64,000 nt of DNA from Promethearchaeota archaeon (GTDB lineage Archaea > Asgardarchaeota > Lokiarchaeia > Sigyniarchaeales > SOKP01). Location: contig JBHLNF010000005.1 of assembly GCA_048937405.1 (NCBI GenBank), positions 192,001 through 256,000 of the forward strand, in the 5' to 3' direction. The position numbers were made by a program, and so were the translations under genes. Of the stretch, positions 21,601-29,754 are shown one piece after another (within the stretch, counting starts at the first letter, position 1; each line of letters starts with the position of its first letter). The notes under the pieces were generated by a model. That model was given only the letters and a program-made list of their open reading frames with translations. It did no database searches and was not told where the DNA came from.

Positions 21601-21995
21601 AAGAAGAAAAGAGAATTCAACTAATACAGGAACAGTTAGAAAAACAAAGAATTTTGGAAGAAGAGCGTAAAAAGGCTGAGGAATTAAAACTGAGAGAAAC
21701 CGTTATTGAAGTTGGTGAATTAACTGAGGAAGTATCAGACATAATCGAAGAAATTAAGCAACAACAAAAACTAGATGCTGAAATTCAAAAAAAGAAGATT
21801 AAATCTAAAGCCAAAGACTTTCGTAAGGAAATGAGTAATTTAATAAAATTTAAACAAGAACTTTCTGAAGAAATAGCAAAGAAAGAAGCAGAAAAAAGAA
21901 AATTTGAAGAAAAATTACAGATGTCAAAAGAAAGAGAAGAAATTGATAACCTTAAAAGAATGATTAAAGAAACTTCTAAAAAGAAAAAAAGGTAG
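15633..21995 (+). CDS. Giant helical repeat protein (about 18 MIT/TPR-like modules joined by E/K/Q/R-rich helices)
   Basis: 2120-aa ORF with a recurring AFxLxxxA...FDxAIxxYxxA...IxW motif about every 116 aa. Confidence 0.8.
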   Translation: MQNPEELAQEALKYLDIAQKLEEEKEFENAISQYQQAADFLKQSGFLMHRVQEIYDRVSELKDFLQKEKLYQQIEHKTQSVQLQERGFALLDRAKKLEFDGLFEDAIQQYSSAIQLLSQAGWSETQLFELKTKINRLSQEFDKRKTTLEPQKQIPESQSPPIQLIQDEKPQIVGMFGQKSSIEKEEVIKRFREKRKYEENIQNQAFEHIDAAKLFEKDKKFDDAILNYEKAIGLLTSIGWTIQIQNIQSIIEKLKKDKINFESFQVKPSTTLETTDIEEEKVILEKRAKLAKEKLNKFELKKKHEEQVQNEAFNLIDIGNRFERENKFDEAIEKFEQAIQYFKSIEWDSYVHPIKGFINQIKEKQEREKKAEKLIEKRQKDLTILQDSIYLKQREQIFKSAKELDKKRREFEEKTKVDAKKEKDLFGILDKADKILKEKNFDDAINEYQKAFSILSDLGSGWETYTSMIKNTISNVEKLKNSYLTKKLDEQKKLEEKEREEIEFQKQILTQLDKERSQLKEKEIIIKDHEEEIKHFEQRKKVGFEYLDSAMDFLIQGKYEEAILAYQNAANIFAEIQWTEEIPLIEVSIQEVEELQRTQNIIEQRKLKDAIERQKKEEEFQKQVNKYLRQEREKLKKKEVELMEREKMVKYQEERSIAGFKLLDQAQDNLEQGNFDDAIEILKYAINFFADINWQNEINLIQNSIIEIENKKREAVIQDQIKIQAEIEREKQERLFRDYVTGEMKAQQEKFEKREIILREREKEIAFRENRKQEAFNLLETAQDLLLNGKFDDALEIYYNIANIFAQIQWNEEISIIQEAIQNIEERKRENEINKQKLMQKSIEKETADKAFIEQLRYQRGKKRAEILKEKEQIEKQKQLSAQNLVKQQKAFKLIEDGENLIEKGIFDDAISNYNEVIEILKEIGWEEGYLSLLRDNIRSFKAKKRDYEKEKQNEFEIKLKQQKEEELFQKRITEYMKKEQEKIQAKKIEIHQKEDLLKKMESRKLEAFKAMEVADKLLNESDYDGAIENYIQAELILNEINFPTNVIRDIIQTIQEKKREENLNKMKELEQKYRKQREDELFQKQILERIKLEEQEMREKQENLLKQEQLRIIEEQKKQEAFNILDDAKIGIKEMKFDEAIDLYNNAKKIFLEIQWEDQVNLIDKAILTIENKKRDTEVQKQKNLENKIQQEQLEVTFQRNLVKEMEIERKELKKRQISLREREKELIYREKKKEDSFKLLDQAQDYLSQGKFDEAIELYENVANIFAQIQWTDEIPIINKAIQDIENKKRERDLIKQENFQEIIKKEKSEQEFMEKIRDLKEKEKLKALEEKDSIQKRELSISQNLIKQEEAFNLINQGYDLLNQKNYDKALENYQNAITILTKIGWTHDYLKLLKDAVKAIEIRKIDVEKEKVLEKELFMKHQQEEEQFQKKITDSMKIEQKRLQAKKIEIQKKEQLKHVMESRKEETFKTMELAENYFNQKQYDKAIEQYRQAELILNEVGFPTKVIREMINKIQNKEREEWLNSQKDLENKHQKEKENYEFQYKITESIRLDEIKLKERENKIQRQRELQKYMEKRREDAFNLLEEAEGFMKQSQYDKSLEYYHAAELILNEIAFPTDSIRDLILKVQKKKREYQLQKQKELEQTIKREREEWNYQQKIVKELQNEKERLKVKEIEVLKREELKSKLEKRREQAFKILEQGEGFLKEQNYDNAIVCYRRAMQFLKELQFPTDSINNMIIKVNKLKKQKEKAERLKFEKELDRIEEEKALEVLVEERKRQEREKMEAQQIALKEREKIIQEKMSVRESAYSLLEEAGTYLKRRIPNYNEAISLYIQARHILADNIGWEPEINNLNILIKDLQQEQANFLNKKQLEEQARLQRQNEYALFQEEVRKRRLEKEKLKREQEKQYRELLYKRKHIEQIKSEGLRLIDEGKKNARYHEFEKAYDNFEDATKKFREIDWKEEIKYIETEIKNTKILEEKVRKEEKRIQLIQEQLEKQRILEEERKKAEELKLRETVIEVGELTEEVSDIIEEIKQQQKLDAEIQKKKIKSKAKDFRKEMSNLIKFKQELSEEIAKKEAEKRKFEEKLQMSKEREEIDNLKRMIKETSKKKKR
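17604..20390 (+). repeat. Intragenic tandem duplication of a four-module (~463 aa, 1389 bp) super-repeat
   Basis: Matching motif pairs 463 aa apart: GKFD..ANIFAQIQW twice, QNL.KQ..AF..IGW...YL twice, MESRK..QAELILNE..FPT twice. Confidence 0.7.
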
Positions 21996-22154
21996 AAATT
22001 AATATTTATCTTTAAATTCTTTAAATTTAAAAAGAAATTCTAACTATTTGTCTTAATTATTATTTTTTGAATTATTTGGAAACATATCATTAAAAGAGTT
22101 TAAATTAAGATCTTGAAATAATAATTATAACAACAAAAAGAAGTGTTTTATAAA

Positions 22155-23738
22155 ATGATTGAAAAACCAGAGGATATTGTTAAGTCACGTATGTATGCTA
22201 GACAACAGCTAATTGATGGATGGGATCAAACTATAATTGATAATGGTGTTATTATGATAATTGGTGTTGGAGCTTTGGGTTGTGAAATTGCTAAAGATTT
22301 TGCTTTGATGGGAATTGGTAAATTGATCCTTGTTGATCTTGATACTATTGAAACCTCTAATTTATCACGTCAAATGCTCTTTAGACCAGGAGATGAAGGA
22401 CGAGCAAAAGCAGAAGTGGCAGCAGAAAGATTGAAGGAGATGAATCCTTATCTAAAGGTTGATTTCTACTTTGAAAAACTCCAAAAATTACCAATAGCGG
22501 TTTATGAAGAATCTGATGTAATAGTGGCAGCTTTAGATAATTTTAATGCTAGATTAGATCTAAATAAGATATGTTTAAGATTAAAAAAGCCAATGGTCGA
22601 AGCGGGGACAGTAGGATTTGAAGGACATTGCCAAATAGTAATTCCTGAGGGATCTGGATTGCAATACAAGAATAAGGAAAGCGAAATCGAGAATTTGGTT
22701 CAAACAAGGCTTTGGGAGATAACCGAAATGGAATATCCCGAATATTTCGAAGCACAGAAAAGAATTGAAGAACTTGAAGAAGAAATTGAAAATATTAGAG
22801 CTGAAAAAATTATTCCTTTAGAAGAAAAATTTAGAAAGGAAATTGAGATGGTTTTTGATTGGAAGTATGCTCCGGAATTATTAGACCAAACTCCTTGTTA
22901 TAGATGTTTAGTACCAATACCCCCTGCTGATGATAAACTTGTGGCAGCATGTACTTTAAAAGGTCTACCACGCAATAGAAATCATTGTGTAATTAAAGCT
23001 GAAGTAGAGTTTGAAAAGAAATATGGTCATAAACCTGACCTAAATTTAAATGATGAAGTAATAAAATTAAAAGAATTAGCACAAATTGAATTAGAAAAAT
23101 TAAGAGAACGGGTTCTTGATGAAAACCTTCCACCAGAAACAAGAGATTCTTTATCTGAAGAGGAAATTAAGGAATGGAAAAAAAATATTGAAGAAACATT
23201 TGGACCAAATTATAAGTTTGAAGAAATGGAGAATATACTTGGGAATAAAATTGCTGCAATACAAACTGTTAGCTCAGTTATAGCTAGTATTCAATCTCAA
23301 GAAGCATTAAAACTTCTTTTTAGAGTAAATGGGAGAAATATTGGTACTCCAATGGATCCTCCTTACATTAATTACAATGGAATTTATGGCCAATTCGATC
23401 ATCTAAATATAATAAAAAGAGAGGATTGTCTTGCTTGTGGAAAAATTGAAGGGGAAGAAAATGTACAAATTGTAGTTCCTTTTGATGCGGATGTCGGGTA
23501 TGTTTTTAAAGCCTTGAAAATAACAGGATATGAATTAAATCCAGAATTATGGATGATTACTAACCCAATGACAAAAGAAATATACTGGAATCCATATATG
23601 CCTTCATTAAAAAATCCAAAGATTAAATTAACTTCCTTAAAGGTTAAAAGCAACGACATAATTTCGATGACTCCTTTAGGTAAAGCATTAGTAGAATCAG
23701 AAATTAAAAAGTATAATGTCATAGTTGCATTTATGTAA
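22155..23738 (+). CDS. Ubiquitin/Ubl-activating enzyme E1 (ThiF domain, Uba3/Uba2-like) with a probable C-terminal ubiquitin-fold domain (GTG at 22143 is an alternative start)
   Basis: GVGALGCE, DLDTIETSNLSRQ, LDNFNAR, CYRC..CLAC zinc pairs, catalytic-Cys motif ACTLKGLPRNRNHC. Confidence 0.88.
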   Translation: MIEKPEDIVKSRMYARQQLIDGWDQTIIDNGVIMIIGVGALGCEIAKDFALMGIGKLILVDLDTIETSNLSRQMLFRPGDEGRAKAEVAAERLKEMNPYLKVDFYFEKLQKLPIAVYEESDVIVAALDNFNARLDLNKICLRLKKPMVEAGTVGFEGHCQIVIPEGSGLQYKNKESEIENLVQTRLWEITEMEYPEYFEAQKRIEELEEEIENIRAEKIIPLEEKFRKEIEMVFDWKYAPELLDQTPCYRCLVPIPPADDKLVAACTLKGLPRNRNHCVIKAEVEFEKKYGHKPDLNLNDEVIKLKELAQIELEKLRERVLDENLPPETRDSLSEEEIKEWKKNIEETFGPNYKFEEMENILGNKIAAIQTVSSVIASIQSQEALKLLFRVNGRNIGTPMDPPYINYNGIYGQFDHLNIIKREDCLACGKIEGEENVQIVVPFDADVGYVFKALKITGYELNPELWMITNPMTKEIYWNPYMPSLKNPKIKLTSLKVKSNDIISMTPLGKALVESEIKKYNVIVAFM

Positions 23739-23881
23739 GATTTTAACGATTAATTTACATCAAGAAATATTGAAATATCAGCCAATAAATTACTCATTAT
23801 AAATTTTAATATTTCATAATATTATTAATATATAAAATAGAGGCGGTAATTTTTCCAAAAAATAAACCAAGAGATACACCA

Positions 23882-24403
23882 ATGAGCAATACGCATTTTA
23901 AATTTATGGTAAAGCATTTTAAAAAGCGTGATCAAAAATATCCTCCTCATCAAAAAATTGAGAAAACGAAAATAAAAGAAGGAAATATTGTATTAGATTA
24001 TGGTTGTGGGCCTGGTAGTTATGCAATTGCGGCAGCAAAAGTAGTTGGAGATAGAGGAAAAGTCTATGCCGCCGATATTCATCCCTTAGCACTTGAAGAG
24101 GTAAAAAAAAGAGCGGCTGAAAATAAGTTAAAAAATATTGAAACCATCTTAACTGATTGTGAAACTCAGTTAGAAGATAACTCAGTTGATGTTGCTTTAT
24201 TATTAGATATTTACCATGATCTATCAAATCCAGAGTATATTTTAAAAGAATTACACCGTGTTTTAAAAAGAAATGGATGGTTATCAGTAGATGATCATCA
24301 TTTTAAAGATGATGAAATAAAAGAGAAAATAATTGGTAAGGGATTATTTAAATTTGCAGAAAGGAAAGAGGAACTCTTTAATTTTACAAAAATCTTAGAA
24401 TAG
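23882..24403 (+). CDS. Class I SAM-dependent methyltransferase
   Basis: VLDYGCGPG, VYAADI and LHRVLK motifs. Confidence 0.85.
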   Translation: MSNTHFKFMVKHFKKRDQKYPPHQKIEKTKIKEGNIVLDYGCGPGSYAIAAAKVVGDRGKVYAADIHPLALEEVKKRAAENKLKNIETILTDCETQLEDNSVDVALLLDIYHDLSNPEYILKELHRVLKRNGWLSVDDHHFKDDEIKEKIIGKGLFKFAERKEELFNFTKILE

Positions 24404-24428
24404 TGAAAAATTTGTTTTGTTTATATTT

Positions 24429-25037
24429 TCATCTATTTTTAATTTTATTAACTAATTCTATTAAATCTCCTATAAAATGAGCTTCAATACCTGCATTTTT
24501 CCCTGTTAAAAGATCATTTTCTAAATCTCCAAAAAAGATCATCTCGTCTTTTTTAACTTTAAAATATTTTTGAATCTTTATTAGTCCATCTGGAGCTGGT
24601 TTCCATCTCCTCACATCTTCCCTACCGATTATTAAATCTATTTTTTCCTGAATATTAACAATTTTTAAGGATGTTATTATTGTATTTCTTGTATTGAGAG
24701 ATAAAACAGCAAATTTTGTATCTTTTTTAGCACCAAAAAATTCATAATTATTGATAAAAAATATTGTTTCTTCAATAGGTGTGAGATCTTGAATATTTTT
24801 AAGTTCAAATTGTCTGATAATATCAAAAAAAAAATTCAAAATCCCTTCATCTTTTTTTTCTACAACCATATTAAGACAGTTTGAAACTCTTTCAACGTTA
24901 CAATTTTCTTTATATAGTTCATTGTACTTTTTAATTAAAATATCTTTCAAGACAGTCCAATTAGCTGTAAGTTTAACTATGGTACCATCTAAATCAAAAA
25001 TTATAATTCTTTTTCCTTCTAGTGCTAAAGTTGTCAT
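24429..25037 (-). CDS. HAD-superfamily hydrolase
   Basis: FDLDGT, KPAP and GDLEND motifs. Confidence 0.88.
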   Translation of the reverse strand: MTTLALEGKRIIIFDLDGTIVKLTANWTVLKDILIKKYNELYKENCNVERVSNCLNMVVEKKDEGILNFFFDIIRQFELKNIQDLTPIEETIFFINNYEFFGAKKDTKFAVLSLNTRNTIITSLKIVNIQEKIDLIIGREDVRRWKPAPDGLIKIQKYFKVKKDEMIFFGDLENDLLTGKNAGIEAHFIGDLIELVNKIKNR

Positions 25038-25132
25038 TTATAATAACTGAAACTGTTTTAATTGCACTTGTTATTTATCAAACTATATTTAGAATAAATA
25101 AAATTAAGAGAAAAAATTAAGTTTTTTGGACC

Positions 25133-25651
25133 TTAATCTATTGCATATTTCTTAGTCCAGGCACTTGCTTTTGCCTCAAACTTCTTTTGAGCACGAAAAT
25201 ATTGTTCACCTGCTTCATGATTTAATGGATCTCCTGGATTAAAAAAGGGAGGTTCTACATGCATCATGCCTTTTAAAGCTTCTATTATATTTGTGAGAGT
25301 TTTACTTGGAGTCCATCCAGAAGCTCCAGTGCTAGCATCAACCTTTCCTACCAAATCGGGATTGATTAAATCTAAACAAATATTTAATTTTCCAGGTGGA
25401 ATTGAAGAATCAATATTAGGATGCCACATTAAAGTTACTGCATAAGCATAAGGAGGTGCAAATGGATAATTCTCTGGGAATTTGATTTCGAAAATAAACT
25501 TACCATCCGCATAGGGAGTTCCTTTCTTTCCGATGATAGTAAGTCTTAAATGATCGATACTTCTTCCCCATGGTTCTAAAATAACATTAGCATCATTCTT
25601 GTATGCTTCGATTGCTTCAGTATAATCTGTTTCTTCTCTGATAATTATCAC
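25133..25651 (-). CDS. Ubiquitin-conjugating enzyme E2
   Basis: GTPYADGKF, FPENYPFAPP, HPNI..ICLDL (catalytic Cys), WTP and PLNHEA motifs. Confidence 0.93.
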   Translation of the reverse strand: MIIIREETDYTEAIEAYKNDANVILEPWGRSIDHLRLTIIGKKGTPYADGKFIFEIKFPENYPFAPPYAYAVTLMWHPNIDSSIPPGKLNICLDLINPDLVGKVDASTGASGWTPSKTLTNIIEALKGMMHVEPPFFNPGDPLNHEAGEQYFRAQKKFEAKASAWTKKYAID

Positions 25652-25944
25652 CTATCATTTGAATTTGCTTTTAAATTGTAATTGATATATTACTTTAATT
25701 TTATAAAAATATTGTTCAATTGATAAAAAATTTTTCACAACAAAACTAAATTATATTTTTAAGGTTGAAAATTTTTAGTTTAATATCTTAATAAAGTAAA
25801 TATATTTGAAGTTTTCTTAATCAAAAAATAAAAAAAATTGCATACAAAAAAATGTAGAAATCATATTTTTGTGTTATTCAATTTTATCAGTAAAAAACAA
25901 AAAAAATATATTAATTCTATAATTATTTATTTTTAACTTAACAA

Positions 25945-26124
25945 CCCCTCTTAACTCAGACTGGTAGAGTACTCGGCTGTAGATATTATCGCGTAATAAA
26001 GCTTATTGCTAATGAAATTACGTCAGCTGAGACCGAGTGTATTGGAAAAAACCATACCGGTAAAGGTCGCCGGATCGAGGTGAATCCCTCAAAGAAATTC
26101 ACGATACGCCGGCAGAGGGGACCA
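25945..26124 (+). tRNA. tRNA-Tyr(GUA) with three introns: 37/38 (25983-26031), 43/44 (26038-26063) and 59/60 (26080-26107); CCA encoded
   Basis: Acceptor CCCCTCT/AGAGGGG-A-CCA, D-stem ACTC/GAGT, anticodon stem CTCGG/CCGAG with loop CT-GTA-GA, T-stem GCCGG/CCGGC; BHB-like motif at each junction. Confidence 0.88.
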
Positions 26125-26497
26125 TTAATCTCATTTTTTTACAAGAATTTTAAAATAACACTTCACAATTATTTACAAAAATATTCTTAATCTCTCTATA
26201 GATCATTTTTAACAATTTTACTGAGTAATTTTCTTAATCTAAACCATTTAAATACATCTTTTTTAAAAGAATTATTATATTCAATGTTTTCCCAAATGCC
26301 TTTATAAGTGAGAAAGAGATATTTTTAAAATAACGCAAATTGAAAAAAAACTATAGATTCCTCTTATAGTATTATCTAATAATAGGGGAAAAAGAAAAGA
26401 AGTATAGTATTTCTGAAGTGCATAATTTCTTTACATCATTAGACAGATTTCCAGGTTTTAAATTAAAATTAATTTAATTCTAATTTTTTAATTTTTT

Positions 26498-28441
26498 CTA
26501 ATATTTGTTGTTATTTTTTTTGTAAGTATGAAATTTGAAAATTAGATAGAAGAGGGATAAAGAATATGAGAGTAAAAAGAATATTATTTCATATCCATTA
26601 ATTCTTTTTCGTGGTTCTAATAATATCTCTAAGTAGGTGTTAAAGTTTGAATCTAACTGAACTAGTACTTCATCCCCATATTCCAATCTTACCTTAGTTG
26701 GTTTATTACTTAATGAAATATCTAGCGTTGTTGTTCCATTTATCCATATCCATTCATTATAAGTTATTCCATTAGAATTATATACTATTAGTTGAACTTG
26801 CTGAGAGTAATGATAATCATTTAAGTGTTCATTGAGATCATTAATTGTGAGTTCTAGGATTTGAAGGTTTGCATCATAATGACATTCAAGGAAATTATAT
26901 TTTGGAAGAAAAAGATTATCAAACCAAGGAAAGAAAAACCAATCCAATGAGGAACCATACACACTTTCCATAGCTTGTTGTAAATCGGATAAGAGAGCAA
27001 TTTTATATATCTTTTGAGTAAAAAAAAGTCTCAATCCCGTTAAAAATAATGTAGTGCCAAGAGTTCTACGTAGTTTCTCAAATATTAAAGGTGCTTTAGT
27101 ATATGCAGTAAAATAATAATTATCTTCATTGACCACCTCGTATACAGAAACATTTATTTTTGACGATATTCCTTCACGAACATAATATGTTCTTACGCTA
27201 TCGATATAAGGTGTTTCTTGAAAATATTCCCAATTATTATACTTTATTTCCCCATAATAACTTGTTGACCAGCAAACTAACCCTTCATCTAAGAAACCCC
27301 AGTCAACTTCATCATTTCCAACTAAATTATACCACCACTGATGCCCTGTTTCATGAACAATAATAGCTTCTAACCAAGTTAGAGGATATGACCATTCATC
27401 TATAGATTCTGTTATATAAACCTGACATGGGTATTCCATTCCTCCATAATATGTATATTCTTCCACAACATTAAAAGTTGGATATGGATATTCACCAAAG
27501 GTTTCATTAAAAAGTGTTAATGCTTGTTTTGCAAAATTTATTGCATTATTTTCCCATATTGTTTTAGATTTTGGTAAGTAATAGCTAGTTATATTCACAC
27601 CATTTATTACTTCAGATTCCTGATAGAAATATCTTGAGGTTGAAAAACTTACTTCTCTAACTGGATGAATTGGATCGAAGTGATATGTTGTAATTGATCC
27701 ATAGTCTATTTTATCGACTATTTCCCCAGTTGCCGCAACAATCATTCCTATTGGTACAGTAATGTAAAAATCATAATAAGCCATATCATAATAGAAAGGA
27801 TCACCAACCCCAAGATAAGGATCTGTATTCCAACCATCATAGCTATCATACACACAAGGCATAGGGTAGAATCCTGCACATTTATAGATTCGAGATTTAT
27901 TAATATCTCCACCATGAGAATTAGAGCGGTCAATCCCCCCATCAGGTAACGTAGCATTGAAGTATATCTCAAACTGAACTCGTTGAAATGGTTCCAATAT
28001 ATTTTCCAAATAAATCCACATTATTTGGTTTGCTGGATATTCATCATAAATTAAAGGTGATTTAGAAACATCAGATTTATTTACACTAATTATATCAACT
28101 AACCCTGGTCTTGAATCGTAGTTCATGCCGGATAAATAAATATGAAATGGAACTTTAGTAAAATTCACTGGATCGTTATTATAGAAATCAACTTTTAAAA
28201 TCCCTGTTAATTTCGAACTACCTTCATCTAATTGAACAGATAAATTATAGTAAGAATATTCTCCACCGTTTGATGATAATATAGGGGTTTTATTGTATTT
28301 TAACTTGGGATTACCTGGACGTGTAATAGTTTCATTTGAATTTTTTTTACCCTGAACAATATTTAGGAATCCACCAAAACACAGGCAAAAGAGGATTATG
28401 AAACAATAACGTTGAGTGTTCGATTTGATTATTATCATCAT
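26498..28441 (-). CDS. Secreted, membrane-anchored M1 family zinc aminopeptidase
   Basis: GGMEY, HETGH-x18-E (DEG) and YTKA motifs; N-terminal signal peptide; C-terminal GY-TM-basic tail. Confidence 0.85.
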   Translation of the reverse strand: MMIIIKSNTQRYCFIILFCLCFGGFLNIVQGKKNSNETITRPGNPKLKYNKTPILSSNGGEYSYYNLSVQLDEGSSKLTGILKVDFYNNDPVNFTKVPFHIYLSGMNYDSRPGLVDIISVNKSDVSKSPLIYDEYPANQIMWIYLENILEPFQRVQFEIYFNATLPDGGIDRSNSHGGDINKSRIYKCAGFYPMPCVYDSYDGWNTDPYLGVGDPFYYDMAYYDFYITVPIGMIVAATGEIVDKIDYGSITTYHFDPIHPVREVSFSTSRYFYQESEVINGVNITSYYLPKSKTIWENNAINFAKQALTLFNETFGEYPYPTFNVVEEYTYYGGMEYPCQVYITESIDEWSYPLTWLEAIIVHETGHQWWYNLVGNDEVDWGFLDEGLVCWSTSYYGEIKYNNWEYFQETPYIDSVRTYYVREGISSKINVSVYEVVNEDNYYFTAYTKAPLIFEKLRRTLGTTLFLTGLRLFFTQKIYKIALLSDLQQAMESVYGSSLDWFFFPWFDNLFLPKYNFLECHYDANLQILELTINDLNEHLNDYHYSQQVQLIVYNSNGITYNEWIWINGTTTLDISLSNKPTKVRLEYGDEVLVQLDSNFNTYLEILLEPRKRINGYEIIFFLLSYSLSLFYLIFKFHTYKKNNNKY

Positions 28442-28740
28442 TACTTATTAGATTAACTTTAAATTACAATTCAACTATTCATATTTAAAGTTTAAAATCA
28501 TATTATTAATTTGTTTGGTTATTCTAACAGTTTAATAGTAATAGACCTGAGTCTTTTTTTTATTTGAATTAAACAATTAGGATATATAATTAAATCTCTT
28601 TAAAATGAAAATCCTTCTTGATCAAACTTCACAAACTTCTTATTTGGAACCTCATTAGTTGAATTATAAATAGCATTAATGAATTATTTTAAAAAATGGT
28701 AATATGGGCAATAAGGTAAGAAAACCAAAGGAGATTATTA

Positions 28741-29169
28741 ATGAGTGAAAACAATCAAAATTTTGATCAACATGAATTAGAAAAAATTCGGATGAAAAAA
28801 ATGAGAGCATTGATGGAAGCAAAAAAAAGAGAAGAAAACATTCAAGAAAGAAGTGTATCAATTTATGAAAAGGTTGATTATGTTTTGAAAGTTGTTTTAG
28901 CTCCAGATGCATACGCACATCTAAATAAACTAAAAAATGATGAACCACCTGTATATAAATATATTTATAATGAGTTAATTAGCCTAGATGTGGTACAAAG
29001 TATTGATTACTTAATAGCCCTAATACAGCAGAGAGGTGGAATTCCAAGAAAAATCCCTCTTGATGCTATTATATTCTTAGAACGAAAAGCAAAAGGTATT
29101 AAATCTAAGATTCAAGTAAAACGCGGAGATGATATGATGGATTTGAGTTCTTTTCTTAGTAAAGATTGA
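28741..29169 (+). CDS. PDCD5-like (double-stranded DNA-binding family) protein
   Basis: ELEKIRMKKM N-terminus, VLAPDA..L..LK and C-terminal KIQVKR. Confidence 0.6.
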   Translation: MSENNQNFDQHELEKIRMKKMRALMEAKKREENIQERSVSIYEKVDYVLKVVLAPDAYAHLNKLKNDEPPVYKYIYNELISLDVVQSIDYLIALIQQRGGIPRKIPLDAIIFLERKAKGIKSKIQVKRGDDMMDLSSFLSKD

Positions 29170-29199
29170 TACTTCTAAATAACTATATATTAAAAGAAG

Positions 29200-29754
29200 C
29201 TATTGTTCTCTTCCTGAAATTATTGCTATTACTTCCCATTCATTATTTGGAAGAGGATTTGCAGATATATCGAAAAATTGAAAAGCAAAAGGTCTACCAA
29301 AAATCTGTTCTACAATAAAACCAAAGGAACTTACTGTAAATATAAAAATTCTCTTTAGAATTGACTCTGTACTTCCACTAATATTTAATTGTTTCATGAC
29401 TTCTTCTATTATCTCAATTTCTTTATCATTGTAATGATACTTAAAGACAAGTTTAAAGTCAACTGGTGTTGGTGCTTCAGGATCTGAAAAGGTCAATCCT
29501 CTTTTTCGGAAATGAAAAAATGAATTTAAATAAAAAGAAAATATTTCTTCATGATGGTCTATTAAGAGATGAGAAATACGAGAGCGTTCACTATATTCAG
29601 GCCAATAATTTTTCATTAATTCTAAAAGCCTAGGATAATTCTTATATTTATTTTCGCTTTCTTTCTTTAAATAATTAAGTAATTGATTCTTAAGTGGTTT
29701 AAACTCTGATTCTCGACCCACCCGTGTTATAAATTTTCGAAATTTAACACTCAT
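29200..29754 (-). CDS. Hypothetical protein
   Basis: 184-aa ORF, no recognised motif. Confidence 0.6.
   Translation of the reverse strand: MSVKFRKFITRVGRESEFKPLKNQLLNYLKKESENKYKNYPRLLELMKNYWPEYSERSRISHLLIDHHEEIFSFYLNSFFHFRKRGLTFSDPEAPTPVDFKLVFKYHYNDKEIEIIEEVMKQLNISGSTESILKRIFIFTVSSFGFIVEQIFGRPFAFQFFDISANPLPNNEWEVIAIISGREQ

Noticed and set aside
15633-21995. Possible CRISPR or DNA-level tandem array in the repetitive region
   Set aside because: Repetition is at the protein level with diverged codons; no identical direct repeats with spacers were seen anywhere in the window
26125-26497. Possible integrated element or att site after tRNA-Tyr; weak hairpin near 26357-26391
   Set aside because: No integrase, no duplicated tRNA 3' end found, and the hairpin is imperfect
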